Part shown: positions 12,698 through 26,699 of the stretch, piece by piece
Layout: each line of letters opens with the position of its first letter
How positions within the stretch are numbered: position 1 is the stretch's first letter
Source of the DNA: Lama guanicoe
Taxonomy: Eukaryota
Assembly (NCBI GenBank): GCA_013239625.1
Contig: MU056000.1
Span: 8,490,970-8,554,969, forward strand
DNA length: 64,000 bases
Direction of reading: 5' to 3'
The notes under the pieces: generated by a model
Databases searched by the model: none
Told to the model about the DNA's origin: nothing
Seen by the model: only the letters and a program-made list of their open reading frames with translations
Made by a program: the position numbers and the translations under genes

Positions 12698-13894
12698 AAA
12701 AAGTTAGAGTCAAATTGTGATTAAAGTTGCCTCTCCACACTAGGCAACATCTGTCTCCTTCCCCAGATGATAAACCTTAAGGCCCAAATGCAGAATGGAA
12801 ACAGTGCAATAAACAAGTCTGCACGTAGAAATTTAAATGCATTACTTCAATATTTGCAAAATATTATCCATACTACATTAGTTTCTACTCCAAATCTAAT
12901 CACACAGCCTGTATTCACATAACTCTATGGTAAATTAATATAATGACAACAGTACCAATTCTCAAACTAAGACATGCTCATAAAAAGTTTTACATATTCA
13001 AGTGAAATTCTTTTGGCCATTTATCCTACATACAAGATTTAATTTCTCGCAATTTACAAAATTCCTCCAACTCAGGCTTTTTCTAGATGGTCTGGAAATT
13101 AATGTGTTACTTTGAAATAAGGTCTTCTGTCAACGGGGCTAAGATAGTTGCTTAGAGCACTAAGATAGTTGCTCTATTTCTATTACATAGTTGAGCAAAT
13201 TTCCTCGAAACTTCAGGCGTTCCATGAAGTGGGTTTTAAAGGACGCTCTCTGTCTCTACACTTGCAGTAAATGCCAGGTTTAGTTCATGCCACAGGCTAA
13301 TTGGCAGTAGTCTGACAGCCCCAGGATTCTCACAGTAACAGGAATTATCCTCAAAGGTAAATTAAGCTTGCTGAGGGATTTAGAATTTATAAATTAACCA
13401 CCATTTATTGGTCAAACTACTAATGTCCACAGTATTCACTAACAATGTCTCCCCACATACTATAAAATAAAATCTCCATTTATAACTTTAATTCATATGA
13501 TTTTTTTGTAGATAATATAACTTTGACCAGTGTTCAAACTACATTCTGTTTTTTTACACTGATTATTTTTTAACATATATCACATATAAACTAAGGTTGA
13601 AAATCCATCTGTCAGAACTTAGGGAATGGAACACTTGAGTTTACTCAAGCCATTTTATGTAAGGTTTACCTGAGAAAGAATCATAAAGAAATACTGAGCT
13701 CTGATTCATGGTCTGCAACATCAAACACTAGTTGACAAGGATTTAACTATATAGTGAATATAGTGCACTTAAGGTCCACAACTTACTTTTGTATTGCAAA
13801 TTGATTTATTACTTTCCTTTGTCTCCATTCAGGGTAATGAATTTTAGGGAAGATGATTATGTCTAAGGTAAAGTTTCTCTTGTTCTATATATGC

Positions 13895-14260
13895 CTCTTT
13901 TTGTGGTAAGAACAATTTAACTCTGCTCACTTCATAAATTTCAAGTATACAACACACTACTATTAACTACAGTCACCACACTGTGCTATACACTGTCTCT
14001 CCCGAAGCTCATCTTCTTACTTAAAATCAGTTCTCTCTGACCAGCAGCCACTGATCGATTGCTTCCTCCCTCCAGCTTCTAGAAACCACCATTCTACTCT
14101 CGTTGTCTATGAGTTCAATTTTTTGGATTCCGTATATAAGTGAGATCACGCCCTATTTGTGTCTGACTCCTTTCACTCAGCATAGTGTCCTCTAGTTGTC
14201 ACAAATGGCAGAATTTCCTTATTTCTGTAAGACTGAAGAGTATTCCTCTGTTTGTATGTC

Positions 14261-14294
<34 letters not shown>

Positions 14295-15545
14295 CACACT
14301 TTCTTTATCCATTCATCTGTTGATGGACATTTAGGTTGTTTCCATATCTTGGCTGTCATGAAAAATGTTTCAATGAACATGGGAGTGAAGCTATCTCTTC
14401 AAGGTATGGATTTCATTTATTTCCTTTACCCATAATACCCAGAGAAGCGGCATTTCTGGACCATACAGCAATGCTGTCTTTGGTGTTTTCAGGAAACTCC
14501 ATATTGTTCTCCATAGTGGCTGCACCAATTCACAGTTACACCAACAGTATGCAGTGGTTCCCTTTTCTCCACATCAACACTCATTATTTTGACTTTTTAA
14601 AAAGACCCATCTTAACAGACATGAGGCAATATCTCCTTGTGGGTTGATATGCTTCTTCGGATAATGAGTGATGTTGAGCATCTTTCCATGTATCTGTTGG
14701 CCATTTTTATATCCTCTATGTAAAACTGGCTATTCAAGCCCTTTGCCCATTTTTAAAATCAGGTCTTTTTTTTTTAATATTGGATTGTCTAAGTTCCTTA
14801 TATATTTTGGCTATTTGCTCCCTATCATGGTTTGCAATATGGTTTGATACATGGTTTGCAAATATTTTCTTCCATTCTATGGATCGCCTTTTCATTCTGG
14901 TGTTCCCTTTGCAGTGCAGAAGCTTTTCAGTTTGATGTGGTCCCACTTGTTAATTTTTGCTTTTGTGGCCTGTGCTTTTTGTGCCATTCTCAAAAAGTTA
15001 TTACCAAGACCAATGTCAAAGAGCATTTTCCCTGTTTTCTTTTAGGAGTTTTATGGTTTCAGGTCTTAAATTGAAGGCTATAACCCATTCTGAGTTGATC
15101 TTTGTGAATGGTGTAAGACAGGGTCTAATTTCATTCTTTTGCATTTCGCTGTCCAGTTTTTCCAACACTATTTATTGAAGAGACTGCCCTTTCCCCATTG
15201 TGTATTCTTGGTGTCTTAGTCAAAGATTAGTTGACTTTATGTGCATTAATTTATCTCTGGGCCCTCTACTCTGTTCCAGTTATCTATCGGTTCTTTTTTA
15301 ATGTCTGTACCATACCGGTTTGATTACTAAAGCTTTACAATATAGTTTGAAAATCAGGCAGTGTGATGCTTCCTTCTTTTTTCTTTTTTCTCCATATTGC
15401 TTTGGCTGTTTGAAGTCTTTTGTGGTTTTATACACATTTCAGGGGGGTTTTTGTCTGTGAAAAATGCCATTGGTATTTTGATAGGGATTGAATCAAATCT
15501 GCCAGTCATGTCAGCAAGCATGGACATTTTAACAATATTAAATTT
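13895..15545 (-). mobile_element. Older L1 (L1MA-type) 3' UTR and decayed ORF2, containing a (GT)n at ~14263-14291
   Basis: Minus-strand ORF2-like peptide at 14734-14946 (IEWKKIFANHVS…KIYKEL) and standard L1 motifs. Confidence 0.92.
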
Positions 15546-16258
15546 GGATATATGAACATAGTAATTGATTTGTGGAAACTCAGTAAGACGTGGCTCCTCT
15601 GTAGTCTATAATTCAGTAACTAATTAATAGTTAATTATTTTAATTCTATTTCACTTAAATACAACTTTAAATAAATAATCACACCAGCAAAAGTGTCCCA
15701 AAATAAGCAAACAGCTTCAGTTTAGTAAAGATGAGTTAACAGGTTTTCATTAATAGAATTCCACATTCTTTAAGTAATGACATGCATAATACTGATAAAG
15801 CCCACTTATGCAGCGATCGATGTGCACCAGTACTATAGCAAGTGCCTTATTTTTATTATCTTATGTTAAACTGTAACAACTGTCAAATAAGATGGCATTA
15901 TTATCTCCATTTGAAAAAGAAGAAATGAGTCTTAGAGATATGTAGAAAATGGCAAGAAAAGAATTTGAATAAAATAATATCTTGACTTCTATGTTACACC
16001 CTTCCATCAAGTTCCTAACTACTGTCTTGGTTTGTATTTCCAGCACTGTGTTTTGGAGGGTTGTCATAAATGATGGTACAATTTGAATTCAGAAAAAAAT
16101 TGGGGGAGAAGAAATTTTGGTGACATGGTAAACAAAAAAGGAACAGTGTTTATGAGTTTCAAACTCTCCAAAGCAACTGAATACTAGGATAAAGAATTTC
16201 AGTTACTCTAACCAAAGATTCAAATACCTGGCTTATGTAACAAGTGATTATTTCAGTA

Positions 16259-16789
16259 TGGTAGGAAGTCTGTAAGAGGGACCTCAGTGAACCCCACATC
16301 TGGTATTAATGGCCTTGTGTGATCCCTTCCCCATGAATAACTTCCCTCTAACCAGTAACAGGCAATGGTGATGGGATGTCAGTAGGTGAAACAGATCAGG
16401 TAAAGAGTGTGACTTCATATTGCTAGTAAACTATTGCTTCTTGGCTGTCGTACTGCAATGAAGCCAGATGCCACACTGGAGACATCCGTATGGCAAGGAA
16501 CCGAGGGAAGTGTCTGGTGAAAAGCCACTGAGGATACGAAGACCTCATTCTGACAACCTGCAAGGAGCTCAAGGCTACTAACTACTAAGGGAGCCTGGAA
16601 CTGGACCCTTCCCCAAGCAGCCTTCAGATGAGACTGTACATCTTGTTCCAGGGCTTGTGAGAGACTATGAAACAGGACCCATCTGAGGGCATTTCTTAAC
16701 CACAGAAGCCACACAATGATGAACGCATATTGTCTTAAGCTGTTTTGTTTGCAGTTTTTTTTTGTTAGAAAACAACAGATAATGATACA
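16259..16789 (+). mobile_element. ERVL-MaLR LTR (MLT1E-like)
   Basis: tggcaaggaaccgagg, cctgcaaggagctc, ccttcagatgagactg, ending agataatgataca. Confidence 0.75.
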
Positions 16790-17193
16790 TTTAATATGGC
16801 TGTTTTAAAGTGATTCAATTATTCTAACCACTGATCATTTATATTTAGTTCTACTTTCCTTGAATCCATATTCTGAGCCTAATTTTAATGCCTGTGTCAA
16901 CAATTTAAATATATATTGAGTTGAATGAATAGGAAGTATGTTCAGAAGTAAAACACGGATTAAAATGAGAAGAATTAAAGAGCTACACATGGTGAAGATT
17001 TCAAAGTTTGATGCTTACTGCCCTCTAAGAAGATGAACAAAAGATCAAGTTAAGGAAAACCACTAATGATGTACGCAGTTGTTCTCAGTTACTGTGTTTT
17101 TGAGTTTGGGCTGGCTGCACTGAGTTGATTATTATAGTCTATCAGGAATGTTATCGACTCGATTTCGTTCTCAAATATTTTCAAGGAAAATAC

Positions 17194-17294
17194 CTCAATA
17201 TTTTTTAGCTTGACGCAAAAAGCATTACTGTCACAGTTACAGGAGCACACCAGCGGCCTGCCCAAATCATTAATCACAGAGGACATTTTCATAT
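17194..17294 (-). other. Candidate 101-nt exon (or conserved non-coding element)
   Basis: ttcattgtcattatattcag| … GAG|gtattt. Single open frame (D)MKMSSVINDLGRPLVCSCNCDSNAFCVKLKNIE, phase 1 to 0. Splice sites are only moderate. Confidence 0.3.
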
Positions 17295-18729
17295 CTGAAT
17301 ATAATGACAATGAAGGTATAAATATGAGTCATCATAAAAGCACTGAGTTTTTTAGCTGTTAAGCAGCTCATTTTCATTAACCACATTGACGTTAAGTATT
17401 TTCTTTACATGATAAAAATTTTCTAAGGTAAAACAATGCTCTCATATTAGTGAATAACTGGGAGAAAGGTGTTATTTATGATGATCTGTAAAAGGTTTCT
17501 AGGCTATTAAGTACCACTTTAGTGCCTATTATACAGTTTTACTTTAAAAATTATATCTTCATTAGGAATTGTGAATGGCATCCAGGGAAATGTTTGCGTG
17601 ACAAGTATAATACACAATACGAGGCACTTTTAATCCCCAAACTCCAAAGACTAGATTGCAATGCTCTGTCACCAGCATCCTTACCACAGGTCCTTGATTT
17701 GTACGGATACACACGTGAGCATAAAGTTCAACAATCTAAGAAGAGCAAAGATAATTTTTCTCTCTCTCTCTCAAACACTCCGCAAAAAACCACCAACAGC
17801 AAAATAACAAAGCATTACTGGTAATTTAAATAAATTTGGAAATCGTCAAAAAGAAAGCAGCCATCAAGCATTCCTGTTTCAACCTGCGTACCTGACAGAA
17901 ACAAGCTCAATGTATCGAGTCCTCTACTTGACACATTTACAGAGGCATTAGTGAGCTTTTTGTCGGTACTGTTTGATTGTTTGCTTGTTTAGTTAATTGA
18001 TGATTTGTAACTGTGATCGCTGAGTATAAGAAATAGGACTGAATAAATCGATTTCAATAATTCTTATAATGATAGAAATTTTCTAAAGGTTGATTATGTT
18101 GATAGGGAAATACATGAAAGTATTAAAAGCTACTGCATTAGAGAAGTACAAAATGCGCCAGGTTAGCTTGGTGGAGGGTTTAGAATAGGTAAGGAAGAGA
18201 ACAAAAGAGCATCACTTCAAGGAAGAGATTACACTGCTCTGACAGACAGGGAAGTAGGGATGCTGTGGTGATCAATGCCATTTCACTGGAAGTTTTTACT
18301 ACCTTTCAAAATAATTGTAATGTCACAATTTATATATGTATGTATATATGTGTGTGTGTGTGTGTATATATATAGGAATTTTAGAAAATATTTGTAAATA
18401 CTGATTAAATTTTTTAGATTAAAAAGATATTAGACTTTATTCCCAGGTCCCTCATAATCTATCCAGACTTGAAAAGAAGTGGGTTAAATATCGTTTCTGC
18501 CAATGAGAAGTCATTTCATAAATGTCCGTAGTACACAGTTAAAAATTCAACTAACAGGCATAAAACACAGCCCTCATCCCCAGACACTTCTCATGTAGGA
18601 AGAAAAGCATTGAAGGAAGGTCAGCAAATGCATTCACTCCAGTCCTGACGGAGGAGGCAGGAAGGGGGGGGCAGAAGCGCAAGCGTTCATCACCAGGGGC
18701 GAGGAGGTAGCCTCCATCCTACCTCCACA

Positions 18730-20910
18730 GGAAGAAAAAGCACTTAACCAAATTCAACATCCTAATAAAAACTCTCTGCAACCTAAGTAGGAGTACAAGG
18801 GAACAATCCCAACCTGGAAAAGAGCTAGGAAAAAACTAACACCTAAAATCATTCTTAGTAACAAAAAGCTTAACAATTTCCCCTAAGAATGAATGTGCAG
18901 TAAGAATGTATACTCTTGTCACCTTTATTTAACATTGTACTAGAGATTCCAGCCAGTAAAATGAAAGAAAGTGAATAAAAGATACATCATCTGTTAAGAT
19001 AGAAATGAAACAGTAATTATTCACAGACCACATAATTGGTTACGTACTGATTCCCAAAGAATCTACATAAAGGTTACTAAAACTAACAAGCTCCCTTAAC
19101 AAGACTGCAGGACACAGATCAACATGGAAAATTAATTTTTTTATGTATGTACTTGCAAGGAACAATTGGAAACTGAAATAAAACAATTCTATGTAGAGTA
19201 TCAAAATATGTAGAGATAAATGTCATAAAATAACAAGATTTATGCAGTAAAAATAAGGACAGGAATTTATTTCATGGGTTGGGACACTCAATATTATTAC
19301 TAAGATGTCTCCAAATTATATTTAAATTTGATGAAATCCTAATCAAAATTTCAGCAGTCATTTCTGTAAAAATTGACAGGTTGATAGAAAATTTTGCATT
19401 TAGAGAAAAACCAAGAAAAAAAATTTGAAAAAGAATAAATTTAAAAGACTTATATTACCTCATTCAAGATGTAACATGAAGCCAGAGTGTCCAGGCAGTG
19501 TCTTGTTGACAGAAAAACAGACATACAGAATGAAGGAATAGAAGAGATTTCAGAAATATGCCCCCTCACAGGGGAGTCAATTGGTTTTTGACAAATGTAC
19601 CAACATAATTTCACCAGAGACGGGAAAGTCTTCTCAACAACTGATCCTATAACCAGACATATTTTTGGATATATACATAAAAAGGACCTAATACCACAGA
19701 TTAAAAAATCAACATAAAAAGATCATAGACCTAATGTAAAACTTAATGTGTAAAAATCCTCAGAGAAAGCATTTAGAGTTAGACAAAGACTTTATGTGTA
19801 TGATACAAAAGTTAGGAATCATCAAGGAGAAAAATTACAAAACAGAACTTCATTAAGATCTAAAACTTCTGCTCTTTGAAATAAAGTGGACCCCCAAACA
19901 ACGTAGGGGTGAATCCACATACAATTTTTTTTAATTGAAGCACAGTCAGTTACAATGTGTCGATTTCTGATGTACAGCACACTGTCCCAGTCATGCATAC
20001 ACACACGTACAATTTATAAAGGGCCCTCCATATCGATGGCTCCTCCACACCCACAGTTCTTCTGCATCCGCGGATTGAGCCCACCATGGACTGCGGTACT
20101 ATAGTATTTACACATGACCACAGAAGCAATACAGAGGGCAAAAAAGGACATTTAAAATGCTCAACATTAGTGGCTATTAAGGAAATGCAAAGTAAACCCA
20201 GAATGAAATCCCACCACCCACCTACTAAAATGGACAAAATAGAAATATATTGAAACCACAGAGTGCTGAGCAGGAACACGGACGCTTCTGCACTGGTGGT
20301 GGGAATGGAAAAGCACACAGCAATTCGGGGTGAGTCTGATGGGTTTTAAAAAGTGAAAACATACATGGAAGAATGTGACCCAGCAGTCCCACTCCTGGGC
20401 ATTCTACCTGAGAAATAAAAACCTATGTCTGACATCTGTCAGCAAATGGTTACAGCAACTTTATTCATAGTAACTGATAACTGGAAACAGTGGAAATGCC
20501 CATTACTGGTGAATGGACAAACAAACGGAGACAAACAGCCATACAGAATACTACGTAATTTTTTATTGCAGTGTTGATGTAAGACACAACATCGTACAAG
20601 TCAAATACGTGGCGATGAGTGAAGAAGCCAGACCCGAAAGGCTACACACAGCATGAATCTCGTATGTGACGTCCTGAAAAAGGCTAAACTCCAAGGACAG
20701 AAATCAGATGGGGTTGCCAAGCATTGAAGACAGAAAGAGGGGATGACCCCAGCGGGGCAAGACAGGGCTTGGTGGAATGAGAGAACTGTTCTGTATTTTT
20801 CTCTGGGTGGTGGTTACAAAACTGTACACATCTGTCAAAAGTCATTGGATTTAAACCTAAAACTTTGAGTTTTATTATATGTATATCCTGAAGCATACTT
20901 GAATTTTTAA
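18730..20910 (+). mobile_element. Ancient L1M (MC/MD/ME-type) decayed ORF2 and 3' UTR
   Basis: Degenerate ORF2 motifs (aaattcaacatcc, gacccagcagtcccactcctgggcatt, ctggaaacag) in colinear order. Confidence 0.8.
19886..20110. mobile_element. Tigger2/MER8-like MITE interrupted by a short minus-strand L1 3' tip (~19925-20007)
   Basis: gtggacccccaaacaacg…, gccctccatatcg…gcatccgcggatt…gtactatagtattta. The L1 tip is flanked by tacaattt repeats. Confidence 0.65.
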
Positions 20911-21651
20911 AAGCACGAATCACATGACAGAGCTCCGAAGGACCAACGCCAGGACAAATTCAACATGTGTGGGCGAGGCAGGTGGCGCTGGGGGAGGGAG
21001 GGAGCGGCGTGCTCTGGGAGCAGCCAGGCAATGGCTAGAGGTAAAAATCAAAGAAAAAGGGGACTTTGGGGCACAAAATGCAAGCGCAGACCCAGTGACA
21101 AAGAGCTAACACTCTCAGCACCTGCACCATCAAAATGCTTGCGGAAGTGCTGCGTAAACCTCGTCATTTGAAAATAAATGCTTTACGGACGAATCATGAT
21201 CGCTTCCTCTGCTTCTCTCTCCCGCTCCACCCATGGTCACCTTCATCTGCAACACCCGCACCAATGGCAGCCGCAGACCTTCCCTCTGCCTTCTAACTTT
21301 GCTTCCCCAGATAGCGTCAGAAGCCAAAACAAGCACTTGTATGGTGTGGACTTTTGAACAGGAGACAAAAGGCGATCTGAGAGCACTCAGGTAAACTGGA
21401 ACACAGAACACCGGTACCCTGCAAGGCCCTGGGTCGGATGCCATGACGAGTGGCCTTTCATTGCATCACAGATACAGTAACAAATTCTGACTCCCACGCC
21501 AGAGAAGCCAGAACTACAAACACAAGTAGCAAGACTTCCAAATCTCATTTCACAGGCCTCTCAACTTGCCTCCTTTGACAGTAAGATGCCTCGTAGGAAA
21601 CAGGACGACAAAACTTAAGTGAGTGGATGAGGAAGGAAAGAGAACAGAAGA

Positions 21652-21755
21652 ACTGAAAAATGGTGCTCTACACTGGAATTTGACACAACATTGTAAAATG
21701 ATCATAAATCAATAAACAATGTTAAAAAAGTTTTAAAAAATAAAAATAAAAAAAA
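21652..21755 (+). mobile_element. ~100-bp young L1 3' tip
   Basis: Matches 430-510. 16-bp TSD gaaagagaacagaaga at 21636-21651 and 21756-21771. Confidence 0.92.
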
Positions 21756-23914
21756 GAAAGAGAACAGAAGAGTACTGAGTGCCTGCTCTGAACGAGGCTG
21801 TCGGCTTACCCATGACTATGTTCTCCAAAGCAGCTGTAATACTGAAGGAGTCTACTCAAGACATGGTATGTTCTAAACTTAATAAATGGCCATTTAATAA
21901 TGGAAACAGATGATAATAAAAAGATACCACCACCACCAGAAGATAAATTGATTTACCTGTTTAAGACAATTCCTTTCCAACCAATTGTTCTGACAAGAGT
22001 GTCTAACAGGGGCCCATTTAATTAAGTGAAGTTAACGTAATATGTAAGATAGAAACCCATGATGAATAGCTTGTGTATTTGTAGATGTAAAGTCAAAGCC
22101 GGTTGCTAGAATTTCTGCAGTGCTTCCTATACGTCCTGTTTTAACCAGCACATGATAAGGAAGGGATGACTAGTCGAGGGCAGGAGGGACTAGTCCCCGT
22201 AAGACGTGGCAGCTGGAATCACAATCCATAGCTGGGGAGTTAGGCCACTGCCCCAGCGGCTGGGTTTGAAGTCACTGCACTGGACCTGCCCATGTTTTTC
22301 AGCTTATTCTATAGTTGGAGTATCTCTGGGGAGCAAAGAGATCCTTTGGACAAGAAGTGTGAAGTTTTTGTTTTTGATTGTCCTGACCCAAAGCCTTTTA
22401 ATTTTCTCCTGAATCTGTTTCTTCAGCTCAAAGACTTGAGAACATGTTCCAGAGTGAGAAAAACATGTACACAATATCTGGTCATGAATATGCACAAACC
22501 GGTTGGTCACTGAAACTTGGGGTGGTATTCTGGAAACAAACCAATACTGGAAAGAGCCAAATGCACACACTTTTGCTCTGATTAATACTTGCAGGCCCTC
22601 CACGCTGCCCCGTGACCGCAGCCGACAGCCTATGACCAGCTGGCACTGCCTTCTGCACAGACCAGGCGCCTGCCCTGGGTTCTCCGGGCTCCGGTCCTCA
22701 CCGTGCTGGGACGTGTTTACACACAGCTTCTGTTCCGAAAACCCCACTTGTGTTCTTCGTGCTTTCTTTCCTTTTTACCCTCACATTCCCTCCTGAGATA
22801 CCTGCCCTCCCCGGCATCCCAGACCGAGCCTCACATCTCGGACTTCCCTCTGCCCAGAAAGGAGGTTCCAGGCTCTCCACAAACCACTCCCTTCGCTTCC
22901 ACCAAACGTGACGATTCCTGGGGTTCCCTTGTGCTTCCTGGGGTTCCTTCCCTTCCAGCCCTGCATGTTTAGATTTCCCTCGCTGCCCTTTAAGGATCTC
23001 AAAATCATCAGGCACATTTATTTTGCATTTTCTGTGCCAGATGTGAATATACGTGTATTCCAGGTAACGGTTCTCAAACTTCAGGGTGCGTCAGAGTCGG
23101 GTGGAGATGAAAAAATACAGAAGCCGAAGCCTCTCCTTAAGCGGAGGTCAGCCTTCTTGAAGTTCATTAGCCCTCTCAGTCAGGATTCTACTCCACATGG
23201 AAGTCTGAAACAGACTGCTGTGGATTCAGGGCAATGTGACTCAGCTGCCCCAGAACAGGCTCCGTTCTGAGTACCTGACTGCCTACATTCTCCGTTTTAG
23301 AATGAAAGCCAGGCCCGTGAAAACAGACTCATCCAACTCAAGCAATACTCCGCAAAGCCTATCTTGAAATGTATGTTTTAGTTTTTAATATTCTTTGCTA
23401 GAATATGAGAGTATCAATATTAAATACCTTGCATCCACTTATGAGATACACTTTTTTCACATTTTAATGTCTTTCACATTGGAGGTTTCAAAATCCGCAT
23501 CTTAAAAATGTCCGTCAGCATCTTTCCTGTCACATTAGCCCCTAACACAATGGTGCAACTCACAATCAACATTTAAAGAAAGTCCTCCACTAACTGGAAG
23601 TTAAGAGAGAATCTGTAACCAAACAATTCAAATACTATGACGGAAATAAAGATGGCAGAACGATGCGATATTGAAATGACTAATTTAGTTCCGTCTAGGA
23701 CATTTAAATATAAAAGTATAAGAGGGAAATTGATATGGTGTTCCAATATCCAATTATCAAGAAAGCTGAAGTCTTCCCTTTCAAGAGTTGAGTTGTTCTG
23801 TCAGGAGCCATGAAAGGGCGGGGTGTGGATTTCATTCTGAATTTCTTGACTTGGGGGTCAACAAACTCAGGTTTGTCATGAGACCCTTCCAGAAAATAGT
23901 GTTCCAGAGTCATC

Positions 23915-24453
23915 AATTTATGCATAACCAACTACCTCAGGCTCGGTGGTATAGAACAATGACAACTTTAAAAAGTATTGCCATCTATCGTGGACGGCTC
24001 CAAAGGTTACTTGGTGTCAGCTAAGTGGGGTTCACTGGGGTCCTGCGTGTGGCTGCAGTCAGAACGTGAGTGACTAACGGCTGGAGGCATCTCACAGACC
24101 AGATGCCTGGGATGGAAAGACACAAACAGCTGGGGCTGGGACATCTGGGCCCCTTGGGCATCCCTTGTGGTCTCTATTTCCAGGATGCTGCCTTCTGGTT
24201 GTCACATTTTTTACATTCAGGCTCAGGGCTCCGAAGGTGAGTGTCTCCAGAGAGAGAAAGAGAAAGAAAGAGACAGAGGCACAGACAGGGACAGAGATGG
24301 AGACAGAGTCTGTGGAAATTACTCAGCTCTTTATGACCAGGGGAGGTAGTCCTGAGCCCTCCGCATAGTAGTTATTAGAATCGAATCACTAAATCCAGTC
24401 TATATTCAAGGGGAAGATAATTAAATTTATGGATATGTTTTAAAACTGCCACA
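23915..24453 (-). mobile_element. ERVL-MaLR LTR (MLT1F-like)
   Basis: Terminus ttatggatatgttttaaaactgccaca is the reverse complement of the MLT1F-type start. Confidence 0.7.
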
Positions 24454-26220
24454 GAGAGGTATTTTAAATATAAGCCATTATTCTCTGAATACTAGAGTCA
24501 AGCCTTCCATTTTAAATAATCCCTACTGAGAAAATTAATCATGGAAAAATCTGATACTTTTTATTCTTAAAAACATTATAAAAGTTACTGCAATATTTTT
24601 GAATAGTAGGGAAAAAAATCGTAACTTCACGTAAGTATTCTGAGCCAAACAGAACTCTAAACAACATAAAAAAAATTCACAGACCAACAAGCGTGCCCTT
24701 CCTAAATACAAACTGGATCAATACAAAATCTCTCGACAAAGTTGCTTAAAATACCATAAATAATGTTTCTTTATGAAATATTCATTGTTTACTACCATGT
24801 GTTGAAGATCATTTTCAAAATGTACTATGAGGGGATCTGTGCCCCTCAGAATTAATCATCTCAGGTTAGGGGAAGATTTTATTTCTTATCTATGGCATCC
24901 AGAGAAATGTGAGGCCCAGTGACATGAATATTCAAAACAATAAAAATGCTCCACACGCTTTATATGTTTCAATGAAATAAACATGAAGTGGGCAATGGCC
25001 ACTCTCCACGATGTAGACGCAACTTTTAAAACCTGCACAATCGGATTCAAATGCAGCAAACTGAGCCCCCACCCCAAATAATTCTGGGTTATTTTGTGTT
25101 ATTTAAGATCATGAGTATGGGTGAATAGGAATCCCCACTGTTCAGGATAAAAAGTCTCTAGAGTTACCATTCTGAGGTTTATTTTCAATGAGAAGTAGGT
25201 TCAAGGGGAAATCATAGCTGTAATTACTAGGAGGTAATGTTGGTCACTAAGGTTTTCAACTTTAAAACCGTGAACACCCCAAATCTATTTGTTCATGTAC
25301 TATGGATGAAAGTGACTGAGAAACTCCACTTTTTCATGTACAGACTTATTCTAAAAAGCAGTTATTGACAAAGTTTAAAAATTATGTTTCAATGTAATAG
25401 AGAAATCGATGACACAAATTATTTAAATTAAGATATTTTCGTGATAATGGTACTAATGAAACAAATTTTATTTTAAACATCACCTTGAGTGGCCGAAATA
25501 CGTTATTTCATTGAATTCTCACCACAAACAGGCCTATGATATCCTCTCAGTTTTAGATCTGAGAAATCTATGGTACAAATCAGCCAATTTTCTGCAAATG
25601 CTCAAGGAATCCCTTCAGCTCTTCACAAAGAACAGTAATGAAAGTGGAAGCAAAGTGACCTTCCAACAGGCAATCCTCACCCTCTCTTTTCTTGCCAGCC
25701 CATTTTAGAAATCCCTTTTTTTTGTATGCTAGTCTCTTACAGAACGACTACCATCAGCCTTACAGGACCTCTAACTCCCAGATCAGCAATCGATTAACCC
25801 CAGACAAAATAAACAACAACAAAAAACAAATGAGACACTGGGTCCCCAGGAGCCCTAAGTCACTGCAGCTAAAGGATTAATTAAACTTGGAACATGATCA
25901 CTGAATTTAAGCCTTAAATTGATTAAGTCAGTAGAAATCTTTACTCACCACACACTCTGTGCCGGGCATCAGAATAAAACAGGTAAAACAACAAATGGCT
26001 ATTCCCCTGAAGTTTCCACTCTAGAAGGTAAGGCAGACAAAAAAGAAACAGCACGGCAAAGATGTGGAGGTAAGAAACAAACATGAAGCAGGGCAAGGCA
26101 TACAGAGTGACCCTGGCTGGGATAGCCTCTCTGGGATGTGGACATTTCAGCAGAGGGGACATTATAGATCATAGCTTGTCTAGAAACTGGCCAGCTTTTC
26201 CTGGACAAATCACATAACCT

Positions 26221-26453
26221 GGTAACCACAAGTCTGTTTTCTATGTCTGTGAGTCTGTCTCTGTTTTGTAAATAAGTTCATTTGTGTCTTTTTTTTTTAA
26301 GATTCCACATGTAAATCATATCATCTGGTATTTTTCTTTCTCTTTCTGGCTTATTTCACTTAGAATGATGATCTCTAGGCCCATCCATGTTGCTGCAAAT
26401 GACATTATTTTATTCTTTTTTATGGCTGAGTAGTACTTCATTGTATATACACG
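26221..26453 (-). mobile_element. Internal L1 3' UTR fragment with no poly-A, inserted into a MIR
   Basis: L1 3' UTR motifs flanked by cataacct / cataatct. MIR halves at ~26185-26220 and ~26460-26552. Confidence 0.8.
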
Positions 26454-26699
26454 CATAATCTTTTTATGTCCAAGCTTCCTGATCTGTAAAATTAGGGATT
26501 AGACTAGAATGGCACTTAATGGACTTTCAAGCTCTGAAGTTCTATGACTCTGAGACCTTTCATTCAAAAGAAAGCCTTACAATGAAGAGCTTGCTCTATG
26601 AATTTATCTAAAGACCCTGATTCCAATGGAACCAACTTCATCAATCTACCGCCAAACTGCATTTCCTTACGAACCTTTCCTGCCTAGAGGCAAGGTTAT

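Noticed and set aside
13139..13173. ctaagatagttgct repeated twice
   Set aside because: Short slippage-type duplication with no further structure.
21800..21870. Minus-strand gtcATGG|gtaagc donor
   Set aside because: A plausible donor, but with no convincing acceptor or promoter. Such motifs are expected by chance in 64 kb.
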